DNA from: an uncultured cyanobacterium
GTDB lineage: Bacteria; Cyanobacteriota; Cyanobacteriia; PCC-9006; JAAUQQ01
Reading direction: 5' to 3'
NCBI GenBank assembly: GCA_963718615.1
Contig: OY970368.1
Location: 5,280,001 to 5,344,000 of the forward strand
Length of the DNA stretch: 64,000 nucleotides
Under the pieces are notes generated by a model. It made no database searches and was not told the DNA's origin. It worked only from the letters and a program-made list of their open reading frames with translations. Position 1 is the first letter of the stretch. Every line of letters starts with the position of its first letter. The position numbers and the translations under genes were made by a program. This document shows positions 20,034 through 30,500 of the stretch, piece by piece.

Positions 20034-23000
20034 ATGACTCAGAACAGCAGCAAACTCTGCATTCATCATCTCTTTGAACAACGAGCTGCGCAGCATCCTG
20101 ATCAAATTGCTGTTATCGCTAAAAATAAAACGCTCAGCTATCGCGAGCTAAACGAGAAAGCCAACCAGCTCGCTCACTATCTTCAGCAGCTTGGTGCTGT
20201 ACCGGAGTCTTTGATTGGGATTTGTGTGGATCGCTCAGCAGAAATGATCGTGGCGCTCTTGGGAATTCTGAAAGCTGGAGCAGCCTACGTCCCTTTAGAT
20301 CATGCTGTACTGAAAGAAAATTTAGAGCAGATTATTCAAGATATTGGAATTTCTGTTTTTCTCACTCAATCTTCGATGGTAGAGGATCTGCCATTTTTGT
20401 CGCTACCAACGATTTTTCTAGACGTCGACTCGCCAGAGATTTCAAAGCACTCGATCTCTAATTCACAGAACATCGTTGAGCAGCAGCATCTTTTATGCTA
20501 TGTAGTCTACCGTTCTTTTGCTGCTGAGCCCTCTAAAGGCATTGGCATAGAACACCAATATGCAATTTCTCTTGCAGCCCAGAGCAAAGAGGCTTTTTCC
20601 TCTGATTGTTGGTCTGGTGTTTTAGTCGCGAGTTCTATCTCTCTTGAACTATCAATCGTTGAAATCTTTTGTACACTCGCCCACGGCGGAACCTTGATCC
20701 TGGCAGAAGATCTTTTTTCCTTATCAACATTACAAGAAGCCCAGAGCGTCAAGTTGATTCATACTGTGCCTTCCAAGATGGAGAATCTGTTGGCTCAATG
20801 TAGAACGATTCCACAGTCTCTTCATAGCATAAATTTTGCAGGCGAACCGTTACAGGAAGAGCTGATTAAGCAGCTAAAGCAATACGAGCAAATCCAAGCG
20901 CTTTACTTTCACATGAAACCTGTTACGACCGAGGCTCCCGAAAATTTGATGGCGATCGCCCAATCTCCCTCTCCTGCCATGGATAACGCGGTCTTGCGCC
21001 AACCCTATCCCATCGATCTATCCCGTCTTCCAGCCCAGGAACAACAACAGCTTAAGGAATGGAACTCTACCGCCATAGAGTATCAACTGCCCTACTGTAT
21101 TCATCAACTTATAGAGCAGCAAGTTGAGCGGACTCCTGAGCAAATTGCCGTCCTGTTTGACAAGGAGCTAGAAAATCAGCAGTTAACCTATTGGGAACTG
21201 AATCAACGCGCCAATCAACTGGCTCGACACTTACAAACGGTTGGAGTCGGCCCTGACGTACTAGTGGGGATTTGTCTGGAGCGATCGCTCGATATGATCG
21301 TGGCTCTCCTCGCCGTCTTCAAAGCAGGTGGAGCATATCTTCCATTGGATATTTCTTATCCTGTAGACCGCTTGCAATACATGCTAGAAAATGCCCAGGC
21401 TCCGGTTCTATTGACCCAAAGCCATCTAGCCAGTCAGCTTCCTGTAGACAATATTCAGGTTATTTGTCTTGATCAACAGACCAATTGCCCTCTCTATGCA
21501 ACGAATAATATTGACACCGCTGTAACTCCCGAGAATCTGGGATATGTCATTTATACGTCCGGCTCAACAGGAAAACCAAAGGGAGTTGCCATGCCCCAAC
21601 GTGCCCTTGCTAATCTATTGCACTGGCAAATGGCTCAGTCCGAAAACCTTCAGCCTGGGGCTCGAACCATTCAATTTACTCCCATCAGTTTTGATGTTTC
21701 ATTCCAGGAAATTTTTGCAACGTTAGCAGCAGGGGGAACCCTTGTTCTAATCACGGATGAACAACGACGAAACCCAGTCTCTCTCTTGCGCTATCTCAAT
21801 GAGGCTAAAATTGAGCGTTTGTTTCTTCCCTTTGTTGCTCTTCGCCAACTAGCCGAAGTTATCGCTCGCGAAAAATGTCTTCCTGCTCATCTAAAAGAAG
21901 TTATTACGGCCGGTGAACAGTTGCGGATTACTGCAGAGATTCAACGTTGGTTTAGCCAAACGCCTGAATGCTCCTTGTACAATCATTATGGTCCTTCTGA
22001 AAGCCATGTGGTGACTGCATTCTGCTTAACGGGCTCTCCACAAGATTGGCCAGCTTTACCCCCTATTGGCCAACCTATTGCTAATGCCCAAATTCATCTT
22101 CTCGATCGACACTTACGGGCAGTCCCTTTAGGTGTGACTGGGGAACTGTATATTTCTGGAGATTGCTTAGCCCATGGGTATCTTAATCGTCCCGAAATAA
22201 CGGTAGATTGTTTTATTAAGCATTCATGGGATGGAAAGTCTGAAACGATTCTCTACAAAACAGGTGATTTAGCACAATATTTACCAGATGGAAATATTGC
22301 CTATCTAGGCCGAGCTGACCAGCAGGTAAAAATTCGAGGCTACAGAATTGAACCTGGTGAAATCGAGACGTTGCTAGAACGACATTCTGAAGTTAAAGAG
22401 GCCGTTGTCATTACTCGGGAAGCAAGTCCTGGAGAAAATCGATTAGTGGCCTATGTAATTGCCCAATCGGTTCCGAAGAATGCAGAGATTGTTTCCACAC
22501 CCTTAGCTCGAAAACTTCGGAATTTTCTGAATTCCCAAGTCCCGGAATATATGGTTCCTTCGGTCTTTATGGTACTCGATGCTTTTCCATTGACGCCAAG
22601 TGGCAAGGTCGATCGTCGTGCATTGCCCATCCCAAAATGGACAAGAACAGAAGAAGGAGAATATATCCCACCAACGACTTCCGTTGAAATTCAGCTAAGC
22701 GAACTTTGGACAGAGCTATTAGGAATTGAAAAAGTTGGAATTCATGATACCTTCTGTTCGTTAGGCGGTCATTCTCTTATGGCCGTTCAGATGATTTATC
22801 ATGTCAAAGAACGGATGCAGATCGAAATAGATTTGAGCCATTTTTTGGAGAGTCCAACTATCGCAGGTTTAGCGAGACTACTCAGCCAACAATTGCAATC
22901 CCAGGGGAAAGCTGTAGCCAATGACGATGACACTAGAGCCGCAGAAGGCCGACTGGATAAGAGCATTCAATTGCCAGTTAATCCCATTGAGCGAGCTCCT

Positions 23001-24155
23001 AACTTCTTTCTCACTGGCGCAACGGGTTTTTTAGGGACTTATATGCTAGCAGACCTATTGCGGCAAACTAGAGCTGACGTATATTGTCTAGTCCGAGCGA
23101 CTCGCCCAGCAGAGGGGTTGACAAGACTCAAAAATAGTTTAAGTCGCTACGGACTCTGGCGTGAAGAAGATGCTCAACGGATTATTCCAGTTTTAGGTAG
23201 CTTAAGTTTGCCATGCCTAGGAATTCAGGCCAAGCTCTTTGACCGCTTGGCTGAAAAGCTCGATGCAATCTACCACTGTGGGGCGTGGGTTAATGTTATT
23301 TATCCGTACTCTGTTCTAGAAGCTGCCAACGTTATAGGAACACAAGAAATTCTGCGTTTAGCCAGTCAACAGCGTGTTAAACCCGTTCATTATGTGTCAA
23401 CAGTGGATGTCTTTTGTGTGGGAGAAGCGTTAGGTCTACGGGCGATTAATGAACAAGAATGGGGAGGACCTGCGCGATCGCTCTACAGTGGATATGCCAA
23501 GAGTAAATATATCGCGGAAACTCTAATTCAGGCAGCTCATGATCGAGGTTTACCTGTCACGATTTATCGTCCTAGCAATATTATGGGCGATACCCAAACT
23601 GGATTTTGTCCAAAAAGCAGCTTTATCATCCAGATGTTGCAGGGCTCCATGCAAGTGGGTGTAGCTCCCAAGCTTGATGCAGTGCTCAACTTAGTTCCCG
23701 TCGATTATGTTAGTCGTGCCATCATTCACTTATCTCAGACCGAAAAGCCTTGCGGAAAAGCCTTTAATATTATCAATCCTAAGTCTTACAATTGGAACGA
23801 CTTAATTGAGTGGGCAAGTGCAAAAGGCTATAATATCAAACCCGTTGCGTATGAATCTTGGTGTTCTGGGGTGATTAGTCAGGTTAGCCAAAATCCAAAT
23901 CAGACACTTTTCTTCCTCACCACGTTCTTAACTAATCTTCCCTTCATCCAAAAATCTTTAGGAGCGTTTCATTTTGAGATTGAAAAATTGCGATCGCGCC
24001 TAGAAGAAGCCAACATTTGTTGCCCCGAAATTAGCGACCAGTTATTAGAGCGGTACTTTATGAGCTTCACTAAACAAGATTGCATTCCAGCAGATTTCTT
24101 AAAGCAATCAGAGGAAGTATCTTCTACAACCGGAGAGCTAGCAAATTTGAGATAA
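20034..24155 (+). CDS. Stand-alone NRPS-like enzyme: degenerate A fragment, A (proline code), T, thioester reductase
   Basis: Intact A motifs YVIYTSGSTGKPKG, FDVS, NHYGPSE, YKTGD, KIRGYRIE and SGKVDR; T motif LGGHSL; R motifs TGATGFLG and YAKSK. No C domain. Confidence 0.93.
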   Translation: MTQNSSKLCIHHLFEQRAAQHPDQIAVIAKNKTLSYRELNEKANQLAHYLQQLGAVPESLIGICVDRSAEMIVALLGILKAGAAYVPLDHAVLKENLEQIIQDIGISVFLTQSSMVEDLPFLSLPTIFLDVDSPEISKHSISNSQNIVEQQHLLCYVVYRSFAAEPSKGIGIEHQYAISLAAQSKEAFSSDCWSGVLVASSISLELSIVEIFCTLAHGGTLILAEDLFSLSTLQEAQSVKLIHTVPSKMENLLAQCRTIPQSLHSINFAGEPLQEELIKQLKQYEQIQALYFHMKPVTTEAPENLMAIAQSPSPAMDNAVLRQPYPIDLSRLPAQEQQQLKEWNSTAIEYQLPYCIHQLIEQQVERTPEQIAVLFDKELENQQLTYWELNQRANQLARHLQTVGVGPDVLVGICLERSLDMIVALLAVFKAGGAYLPLDISYPVDRLQYMLENAQAPVLLTQSHLASQLPVDNIQVICLDQQTNCPLYATNNIDTAVTPENLGYVIYTSGSTGKPKGVAMPQRALANLLHWQMAQSENLQPGARTIQFTPISFDVSFQEIFATLAAGGTLVLITDEQRRNPVSLLRYLNEAKIERLFLPFVALRQLAEVIAREKCLPAHLKEVITAGEQLRITAEIQRWFSQTPECSLYNHYGPSESHVVTAFCLTGSPQDWPALPPIGQPIANAQIHLLDRHLRAVPLGVTGELYISGDCLAHGYLNRPEITVDCFIKHSWDGKSETILYKTGDLAQYLPDGNIAYLGRADQQVKIRGYRIEPGEIETLLERHSEVKEAVVITREASPGENRLVAYVIAQSVPKNAEIVSTPLARKLRNFLNSQVPEYMVPSVFMVLDAFPLTPSGKVDRRALPIPKWTRTEEGEYIPPTTSVEIQLSELWTELLGIEKVGIHDTFCSLGGHSLMAVQMIYHVKERMQIEIDLSHFLESPTIAGLARLLSQQLQSQGKAVANDDDTRAAEGRLDKSIQLPVNPIERAPNFFLTGATGFLGTYMLADLLRQTRADVYCLVRATRPAEGLTRLKNSLSRYGLWREEDAQRIIPVLGSLSLPCLGIQAKLFDRLAEKLDAIYHCGAWVNVIYPYSVLEAANVIGTQEILRLASQQRVKPVHYVSTVDVFCVGEALGLRAINEQEWGGPARSLYSGYAKSKYIAETLIQAAHDRGLPVTIYRPSNIMGDTQTGFCPKSSFIIQMLQGSMQVGVAPKLDAVLNLVPVDYVSRAIIHLSQTEKPCGKAFNIINPKSYNWNDLIEWASAKGYNIKPVAYESWCSGVISQVSQNPNQTLFFLTTFLTNLPFIQKSLGAFHFEIEKLRSRLEEANICCPEISDQLLERYFMSFTKQDCIPADFLKQSEEVSSTTGELANLR

Positions 24156-24194
24156 AGAGGAATCTTAATCGTATCCGTGAGTTCAGAATAATCA

Positions 24195-24237
24195 CATACC
24201 AAGAAATCTTCGCAACTTGCGAAGATTTCTTGGTATG
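24195..24237. terminator. 43-nt perfect palindrome between convergent genes
   Basis: CATACCAAGAAATCTTCGCAA-C-TTGCGAAGATTTCTTGGTATG (21-bp arms). Confidence 0.7.
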
Positions 24238-24248
24238 CTACTTAGCGA

Positions 24249-25949
24249 TTAAACTAAGGCGATATCCAACCAGGTTGAGAACCCCCAAGGTCGATTCGAA
24301 ATCACTGCAAAAGTTTGAGGTTTGATACCATCAAAGGGTGAAGCATTAAAAGATAATGCACCACTGTGGTAATCATAGCTAAACTGGCTCTTAGACGTAG
24401 CTCCAAAAGTCGAAGCATCGATCTGAATCACATCCCCTTGTCGCCAGCTAAAATCGGTAATAATATCTACATCTTTTGACAGAGTATTGAAGCGAAATAC
24501 ATCGGTACCCAACCCACCAGTTAACGTGTCATTGCCATCCCCACCGATTAAAGTATCATTTCCAGCTCCTGCTTGAATTACATTATCGCCTGCTGTTCCT
24601 ACAATATAATCTTGACCATCACCCGTTTTAATGTTTTCGAAATTTACGACATTTTCTGTATAAGCATACTGGAATTTTACAATTCCCTTTTCTAGATTAT
24701 AGTATGCACCTCCTGACCAATTGCGGTAGTCAACCGTATCATTTCCAGAACCGCCATCTAAGGAGTCATAGCCAAAGCCTCCACTAATGAGGTCATTACC
24801 ATCACCCCCATCAATCACGTCGTTGCCGTCGTAGCCGTATAGAATATCATCGCCAGCTCCGCCTAAAATTCGGTCATCGCCGGCTCCCCCATAGACTTGA
24901 TCATTTCCCAAACCGGCTTTTACAATGTTACGACCATCCCCAGTAAAAATTACGTGGCTGATTAAGTGATCACTTGTAACCTCAATAAAATCATTGGCGA
25001 TGCCTCTATGGATCGTTTCTGTAGCATTGGCATCCACAACGGTGGTTACATAAGTAATAAACTTGGGTGTTTGACTGAGCCCAGAAGCAACATTTTCAAA
25101 GAAGAACGTCTCTCCGCTCTCCGTTCCAATAAATGCATCTAAATCTCCGTCTCCATCTACATCGGCAAAGTCAGGACTGCTATAGGGTCCAACATTTTTT
25201 AAACCAAAGGGGTTTGCAACTGCATTTGTAAAAGATGCCGTTTTTGCCGTGCCGATATTTTGGAAATACAATGTATCTCCATTTTCCGTACCAATAAATG
25301 CATCAAAATCTCCATCGTTATCGAGATCTGCAAAGGTAGGACTACTAAAAATTCCTAGATTTTTTAGGCCAAAAGCGTTCGTGATAGGATTAGCAAAGAT
25401 AGGATTTTTAGAACTTCCTATATTTTCAAAGTAAAGTGTGTTCCCATCGGGATAATTACCCAAGAAGGCATCAAAATCTCCATCGCTATCGATATCAACA
25501 AACGTTGGACTATTAAATTCCCCAACCGTTTTGAGCCCGAAAGGATTGATGCTAGGAGAGGTATATACAGGTTTATTAGCGTTACCAATATTTTCGAAAT
25601 AGAGTGTGTTTCCATAAGGATACGTGCCTATAAAAAGGTCTAAATCGCCATCCGCATCAATGTCAACAAATTCAGGATTATTGTCGGTCTGGCCAATGTC
25701 TGAATACTGATCTCCCATTACAACTGCTACATTGATCACACTAAAAGGATTACTTATGGGAGAATTAAAGACAGGCTTATACAAATTTCCCGTATTTGAA
25801 AAAAAAAGTATATTGCCGTTTTCTGCACCGATGATCGCATCGAGATCGCCATCATTATCGATGTCTACCAGTGTTGGTGCGCTGAACAAACCAACATCTG
25901 TTAAATGAAAAGGATTTGAGAGAAGTGCTGTGAGCTTAGAATCAGACAT
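24249..25949 (-). CDS. FG-GAP repeat / RTX calcium-binding secreted protein
   Basis: Five PxFxDIDxDGDxDAFIG...NPFG repeats followed by GGxGxD nonapeptides and a DIITDF...IQID T1SS-type C-terminus. The start is taken at MSDSK. Confidence 0.88.
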   Translation of the reverse strand: MSDSKLTALLSNPFHLTDVGLFSAPTLVDIDNDGDLDAIIGAENGNILFFSNTGNLYKPVFNSPISNPFSVINVAVVMGDQYSDIGQTDNNPEFVDIDADGDLDLFIGTYPYGNTLYFENIGNANKPVYTSPSINPFGLKTVGEFNSPTFVDIDSDGDFDAFLGNYPDGNTLYFENIGSSKNPIFANPITNAFGLKNLGIFSSPTFADLDNDGDFDAFIGTENGDTLYFQNIGTAKTASFTNAVANPFGLKNVGPYSSPDFADVDGDGDLDAFIGTESGETFFFENVASGLSQTPKFITYVTTVVDANATETIHRGIANDFIEVTSDHLISHVIFTGDGRNIVKAGLGNDQVYGGAGDDRILGGAGDDILYGYDGNDVIDGGDGNDLISGGFGYDSLDGGSGNDTVDYRNWSGGAYYNLEKGIVKFQYAYTENVVNFENIKTGDGQDYIVGTAGDNVIQAGAGNDTLIGGDGNDTLTGGLGTDVFRFNTLSKDVDIITDFSWRQGDVIQIDASTFGATSKSQFSYDYHSGALSFNASPFDGIKPQTFAVISNRPWGFSTWLDIALV

Positions 25950-26222
25950 TGTTCGCGTAAGCCTCAGAAGATTGAAGAAATAAGGAGCAACACCCTTCTT
26001 CTGCCCTGAGTTAGGATTTATGACCAAGGCTCGGGCTTGATACCTAGAAACTAGATGATACTCGAGTATCTCCACTTAGGTGATGTCGCTATGTATACAT
26101 ATACATACTGGCTTTGTCACTTCAGTGAATGCCCTGAGAAAAGAAATGATAATTAGGGAGTCTATCCTGGGAGTCGATTTAATTGTTTTGATGCTCTCTA
26201 GCTTTTCAACGACAAAAACCAA

Positions 26223-26265
26223 AAAGCCCATGGGCTCGGGCTTGTCGCACGAGCTGATGGGCTTT
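26223..26265. terminator. Hairpin downstream of the substrate-binding protein gene
   Basis: AAAGCCCATGGGCTCG...CGAGCTGATGGGCTTT; a U-run follows on the minus strand. Confidence 0.6.
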
Positions 26266-26311
26266 CTAGTTGTTGTTAACATTAGCTCAATTTGTTATCT
26301 CTGGTGAAGCA

Positions 26312-27335
26312 CTAGAGCGCTTCAATAAAAGAAGCGTCAACGAAACTTGCTCCTGGAATGTCAGAGGTTGCCTTGCCCGCGCTCACTAATACAGGGACAG
26401 CAGAATCAAAGCTATTTGCAACGTTTAATGGATTATTAGATGCAAAAGCAATTGACTTGTTTGCTTCCAGGTCAAGCATATTCAGTTTTCCCAAAATCTC
26501 AACGGTCTCCTTCTGGCGTACTACCAACCCACTCAGCAATAATCTGATTAGCTTCGTCAGGGTTAGATTTTGCAAAGTCTAGCGCTTGATTGAGCGCTCG
26601 CATATAAGCCAACACATCTTGACGACGGCTTTGTAAAATTGGAGCATGGCCTGCTAGTCCATTGACAATCACATTAGTTCCCTTAGCAGAAAATAAGACT
26701 TTTGCGTCTTTGGCTTCTTTTAATGTTGTGCCCACAAAAGGTTCGTAGGCTGCGATCGCGTCCACCTCACCCGCAGTTAAAGCCTTAGTGGCATCAGGAA
26801 CTGGCAGCGACACTACATCCACGTCTTTCTCCGTCAAGCCCATGGATTCAAGGTAGCGGTTGAGAAAAACAATTTCAAACGGAACATCTTCTCTTGCAAT
26901 CTTTTTGCCTTTAAGTGTTTCAGTATCAGAAATACCGCGTCCTACAATGGCATCGACATCACCTGAGTAATCTGCTGCCATAATAAATTTGAGCGCTGGT
27001 GCTTGATCTGCTAAAACAACTAAGTCAGCAGCCACAACCCAGGCGAGATCTACCTCTTTGGCGACCAGCGCTGCATTCACTTCTGTGACTGTATCAAATA
27101 CCTTTTGCTCAACCTTTACGCCTTCTGCCTTAAAGAAATCTTTGACTTCAGCAATATGGGCACGGCTCCAGCCCACCCAGGGAACCAAGGCAACCCGCAA
27201 AACTTGATCGGAAGGACCAGTGTTGCCAGTCCCCGTTGAGGTGGACGACCGATTACCACAGCTTCCGATCCCAACGGTTGAGATTGCTCCAAGCGCGAGC
27301 AATGCCGAGGATTTAATGACTGTTCTTCTGCGCAT
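26312..27335 (-). pseudogene. SsuA/NMT1-like ABC substrate-binding lipoprotein, split by a one-base frameshift near 26510
   Basis: ORF 26499-27335 (MRRR...GIGSC lipoprotein signal; AAYEPF) stops at GSTPEGDR*. The natural-looking C-terminus (ETVEILGKL...FVDASFIEAL) continues in the other frame to 26312. A sequencing error is possible. Confidence 0.8.
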
Positions 27336-27578
27336 AACTGAAAACCACCAATGAGTGAGGCTTAACAGACTTCACCAACAACGCAACAATGCAGGACAAC
27401 GGACCCAGGGCATCTTCTTGCTCCTGACTTAAGCCCCGAGGCTGTTGCTGAGCAATGCTCCGCCCAGAACTGTAAAGAACAGCCCTTCGCTGGAGTATAA
27501 TATTCAACATTCCCAATAAAAATGTCTCCGTAACACCCTATAGAGAGCTTTTTAGCTTGGGTTCATGACCAATCAGGC

Positions 27579-30500
27579 TCAGGCCTTTTGAATCAGATGC
27601 TCTAGAGCCTTCAGAAGCTCCTGCTCGTTGTAGGGTTTTGAGAAATAGGCGGAAGCGCCCAGATTCATTGCAAGCTTTCGGTGCTTATCGCTACTGCGAG
27701 ACGTCAGCATTGTAATAGGGAGAGATTGAAATTCGGCGCGTTGCTTGATTTCCTCCAGAACACCATAGCCATCCAAGCGAGGCATTTCCACATCACAAAT
27801 CACCGCTTCTACAGACAACCCGCCCAGTAACTTATCGACGGCTTCTTGACCATCCTTCGCCTGCTCAACCCGATAGCCCGCCTTCTCCAGCGTGATCGTG
27901 AGATAGCGGCGTAGATGGACCGAATCGTCGACGACCAAGATGGTTTGCTGTCGGGCTTGAGATGCCCCCTTTGTTTTTCTAGGGTCCAGTCCTAGGGATG
28001 AAGTGCCTAATTCACGGATAGGCTCTGCTTTAATAGGGCTCGTGACCGTTGCCGCTAGGGGTGACGTGAGTAGAGACGGAGGTGCAGGAGCGGTGCGACT
28101 GATCGCAGCATGAACCAACTGAACCAAATCGACCAAGGGAATCACACGACCATCCCCAAGAATGGTGGCCCCCACAAATCCGGTGGGTAACGGCATGAGG
28201 CTTGTGACCGGGCGAATGGCCACTTCCTGTTCATGCCAAAGTCGCTGCATGGGGACTGCGTAGAACCTGGCTTGATCGCGCACCACCACAAAGAGGGGCC
28301 GATTGATGGAAGGATTGCCATCGAGGGAAACCGGTTCGGCCTTGCCTTGGAAACAGAAGCTATCGGCTAAATCCACAATGGGGATCGATTGGTCTTTCCA
28401 GCGAAGATAGGAAGGCGAATCTGGGGGGGTGGGGGTGAGGTCTTGGGGCGATCGCCCCAGCATTTCCGGCGTCGCCACCAACATCTCTTCAATAGCATCC
28501 ACGGGAACCGCAAAGGTGAGTTTATGTTGTTCTAACAACAAGACCCGCAGGACTGAGAGTGTCAGCGGAACGCTCAGGGTAAACGTTGTTCCTTGACCGA
28601 GCTTCGTTTCAACCTGAATATCCCCCCGGAGTTGCTCTAGATTGGCACGGACAACGTCCATGCCGACGCCCCGGCCTGAGAGCTCCGTCACGGCTTCGGC
28701 GGTACTAAAGCCCGCATCAAAAATCAGTGAGAGGAGCTGCCGTTCGCTCATTTGAGCGATGTGGTCCTCGGGGATATCGTATTTGCGGACGCGATCGCGA
28801 ATCTTCTCCAAATCAATGCCCCGCCCATCATCCTTGACCAGGATGCGCACTTGGTTACCCCGCTGAATCGCCCGCAACGTGATCTGACCCATGGGCGATT
28901 TACCAATCGCGAGGCGCTCGTCTGGGGTTTCAAGACCATGGTCAAAGGCATTGCGCAGCAAATGGGTGAGGGGATCCACCAAGGCATCTAAGGCAGACCG
29001 TTCCACCAGCGTTGTTTCGCCCTCGACTTTGAGCTCCACCTGTTTGCCGTACTGCACCGATAGATCTCGCATTAACCGAGGAAAACGCCCTGCGATATCC
29101 GAAAAGGGCCGCATCTGGGTGCGGGTCATGCGATTTTGCAGCAGACGGGTGGTGCTATTGAGCTGCTGGGTCACTTGGCCGATTTCCTGTAACCCCAACT
29201 GAATATCCGCAGCCACTTCCTGGAGCTGAACAATGGTTTCCATCTGCTCCTGGGCCATGAGATGCAAATCCGAATACTGATCCATCTCCAGGGAATCAAA
29301 CTCAGAGGTACGGCCTAAGGCTAGGGCTGTGGTTCCTGGCAGGCTCGTGCCATGGAGCGGGGATAGTGGCGGCGGCAAGGGTCGACGGCCTTGGGGGGGT
29401 TCAGTTCCAGGAAGTTGTCTAATGAGTCCTTCTAGGGAGGTGCGATCGTACCATTGGCGCAGGCGTTGGTTAAAGGACTCCAGGATTCGCATCCGTTCTT
29501 GCAGCAATCCGGCAAAGCCATCGAGCTGTTGCTGACGCAAATTCAGCGCATTCCGTTCGAGGATCAGGGTGCCAAACAGCGTATTAATCTGTTGCAGATC
29601 CTCCGCCGCAATCCGCAGGGTGGCTCCCCGCTGAACTGCCGTTGTGGATTGAACGGAGAGATGAACCGGGCTCAGGGGCTTAGACGCGACCGGAGACGCG
29701 ACCGGAGAAGCAGCGGCTAAAGGTTCCTCGGGTATCAGCTCAGAGACCGGCGCGATCGACTCTAGGGCTGAGAGGTTGAGTTGGGCGATCGCATCCTGAA
29801 GTTGAGACAGTTCTTGACCATCCAACACCGTCTCCGATGCAGGACTCATAAGCACAGGTGCGGTGTCCATCAAACTGGCTTCAGCGGCTTGCTCTAGATC
29901 TGCCTTATCCAGTTCGATCTCATTCTCATCAGGGAGCGTAAAAGCTGGGCTCGGCATCGACGAGCCCATCAAAACCTGAGCCATTTCAGCCTGGAGGCGT
30001 TGCAACTCCGACAGGTCTACCTCTCCCAACTGTGCCTCTAAACCCTCATGCGCCGGTTCATCCCGCTGGACTGGCTCAACCTTAACGGGTTCAGTGGTCT
30101 CCGCTGCTGTCTCTACCCAAATGATCTGGGTTGGCAAATTGCCGACCCGTCCTAACTGGACGAGGGACTGGGCCCGTCGCCAAGTTCGTAGGGCCTCCGC
30201 CGCAAGGGACTGGAGCTGTCCTGCCGGGGCGGACATCGCCGGATCCAGCACAGATTCACACAATTGCACAAAGGCATCTAGCTCTCCGATCAAACCGAGA
30301 TCCGTAAGCTGAGTCGCCACGGTCACCAAGGATGAGCGCAAGGCTTCTGCCGCTAACCCCTCCAGGTCCGCCTCAAACCGATTGAGGATTTCCTCCACGC
30401 CGCTGTTAAACATCAGCAGCGCCACATCGACGCCTTCCTCTTCCGACAGCAGCCGATCCTCATCTTCGTCACTGAGATCACCGAGGCGCGATCGCAACTG

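Noticed and set aside
27336-27578. Riboswitch (for example guanidine-I) upstream of the substrate-binding protein
   Set aside because: I could not find the conserved motifs by eye; an Rfam scan would settle it.
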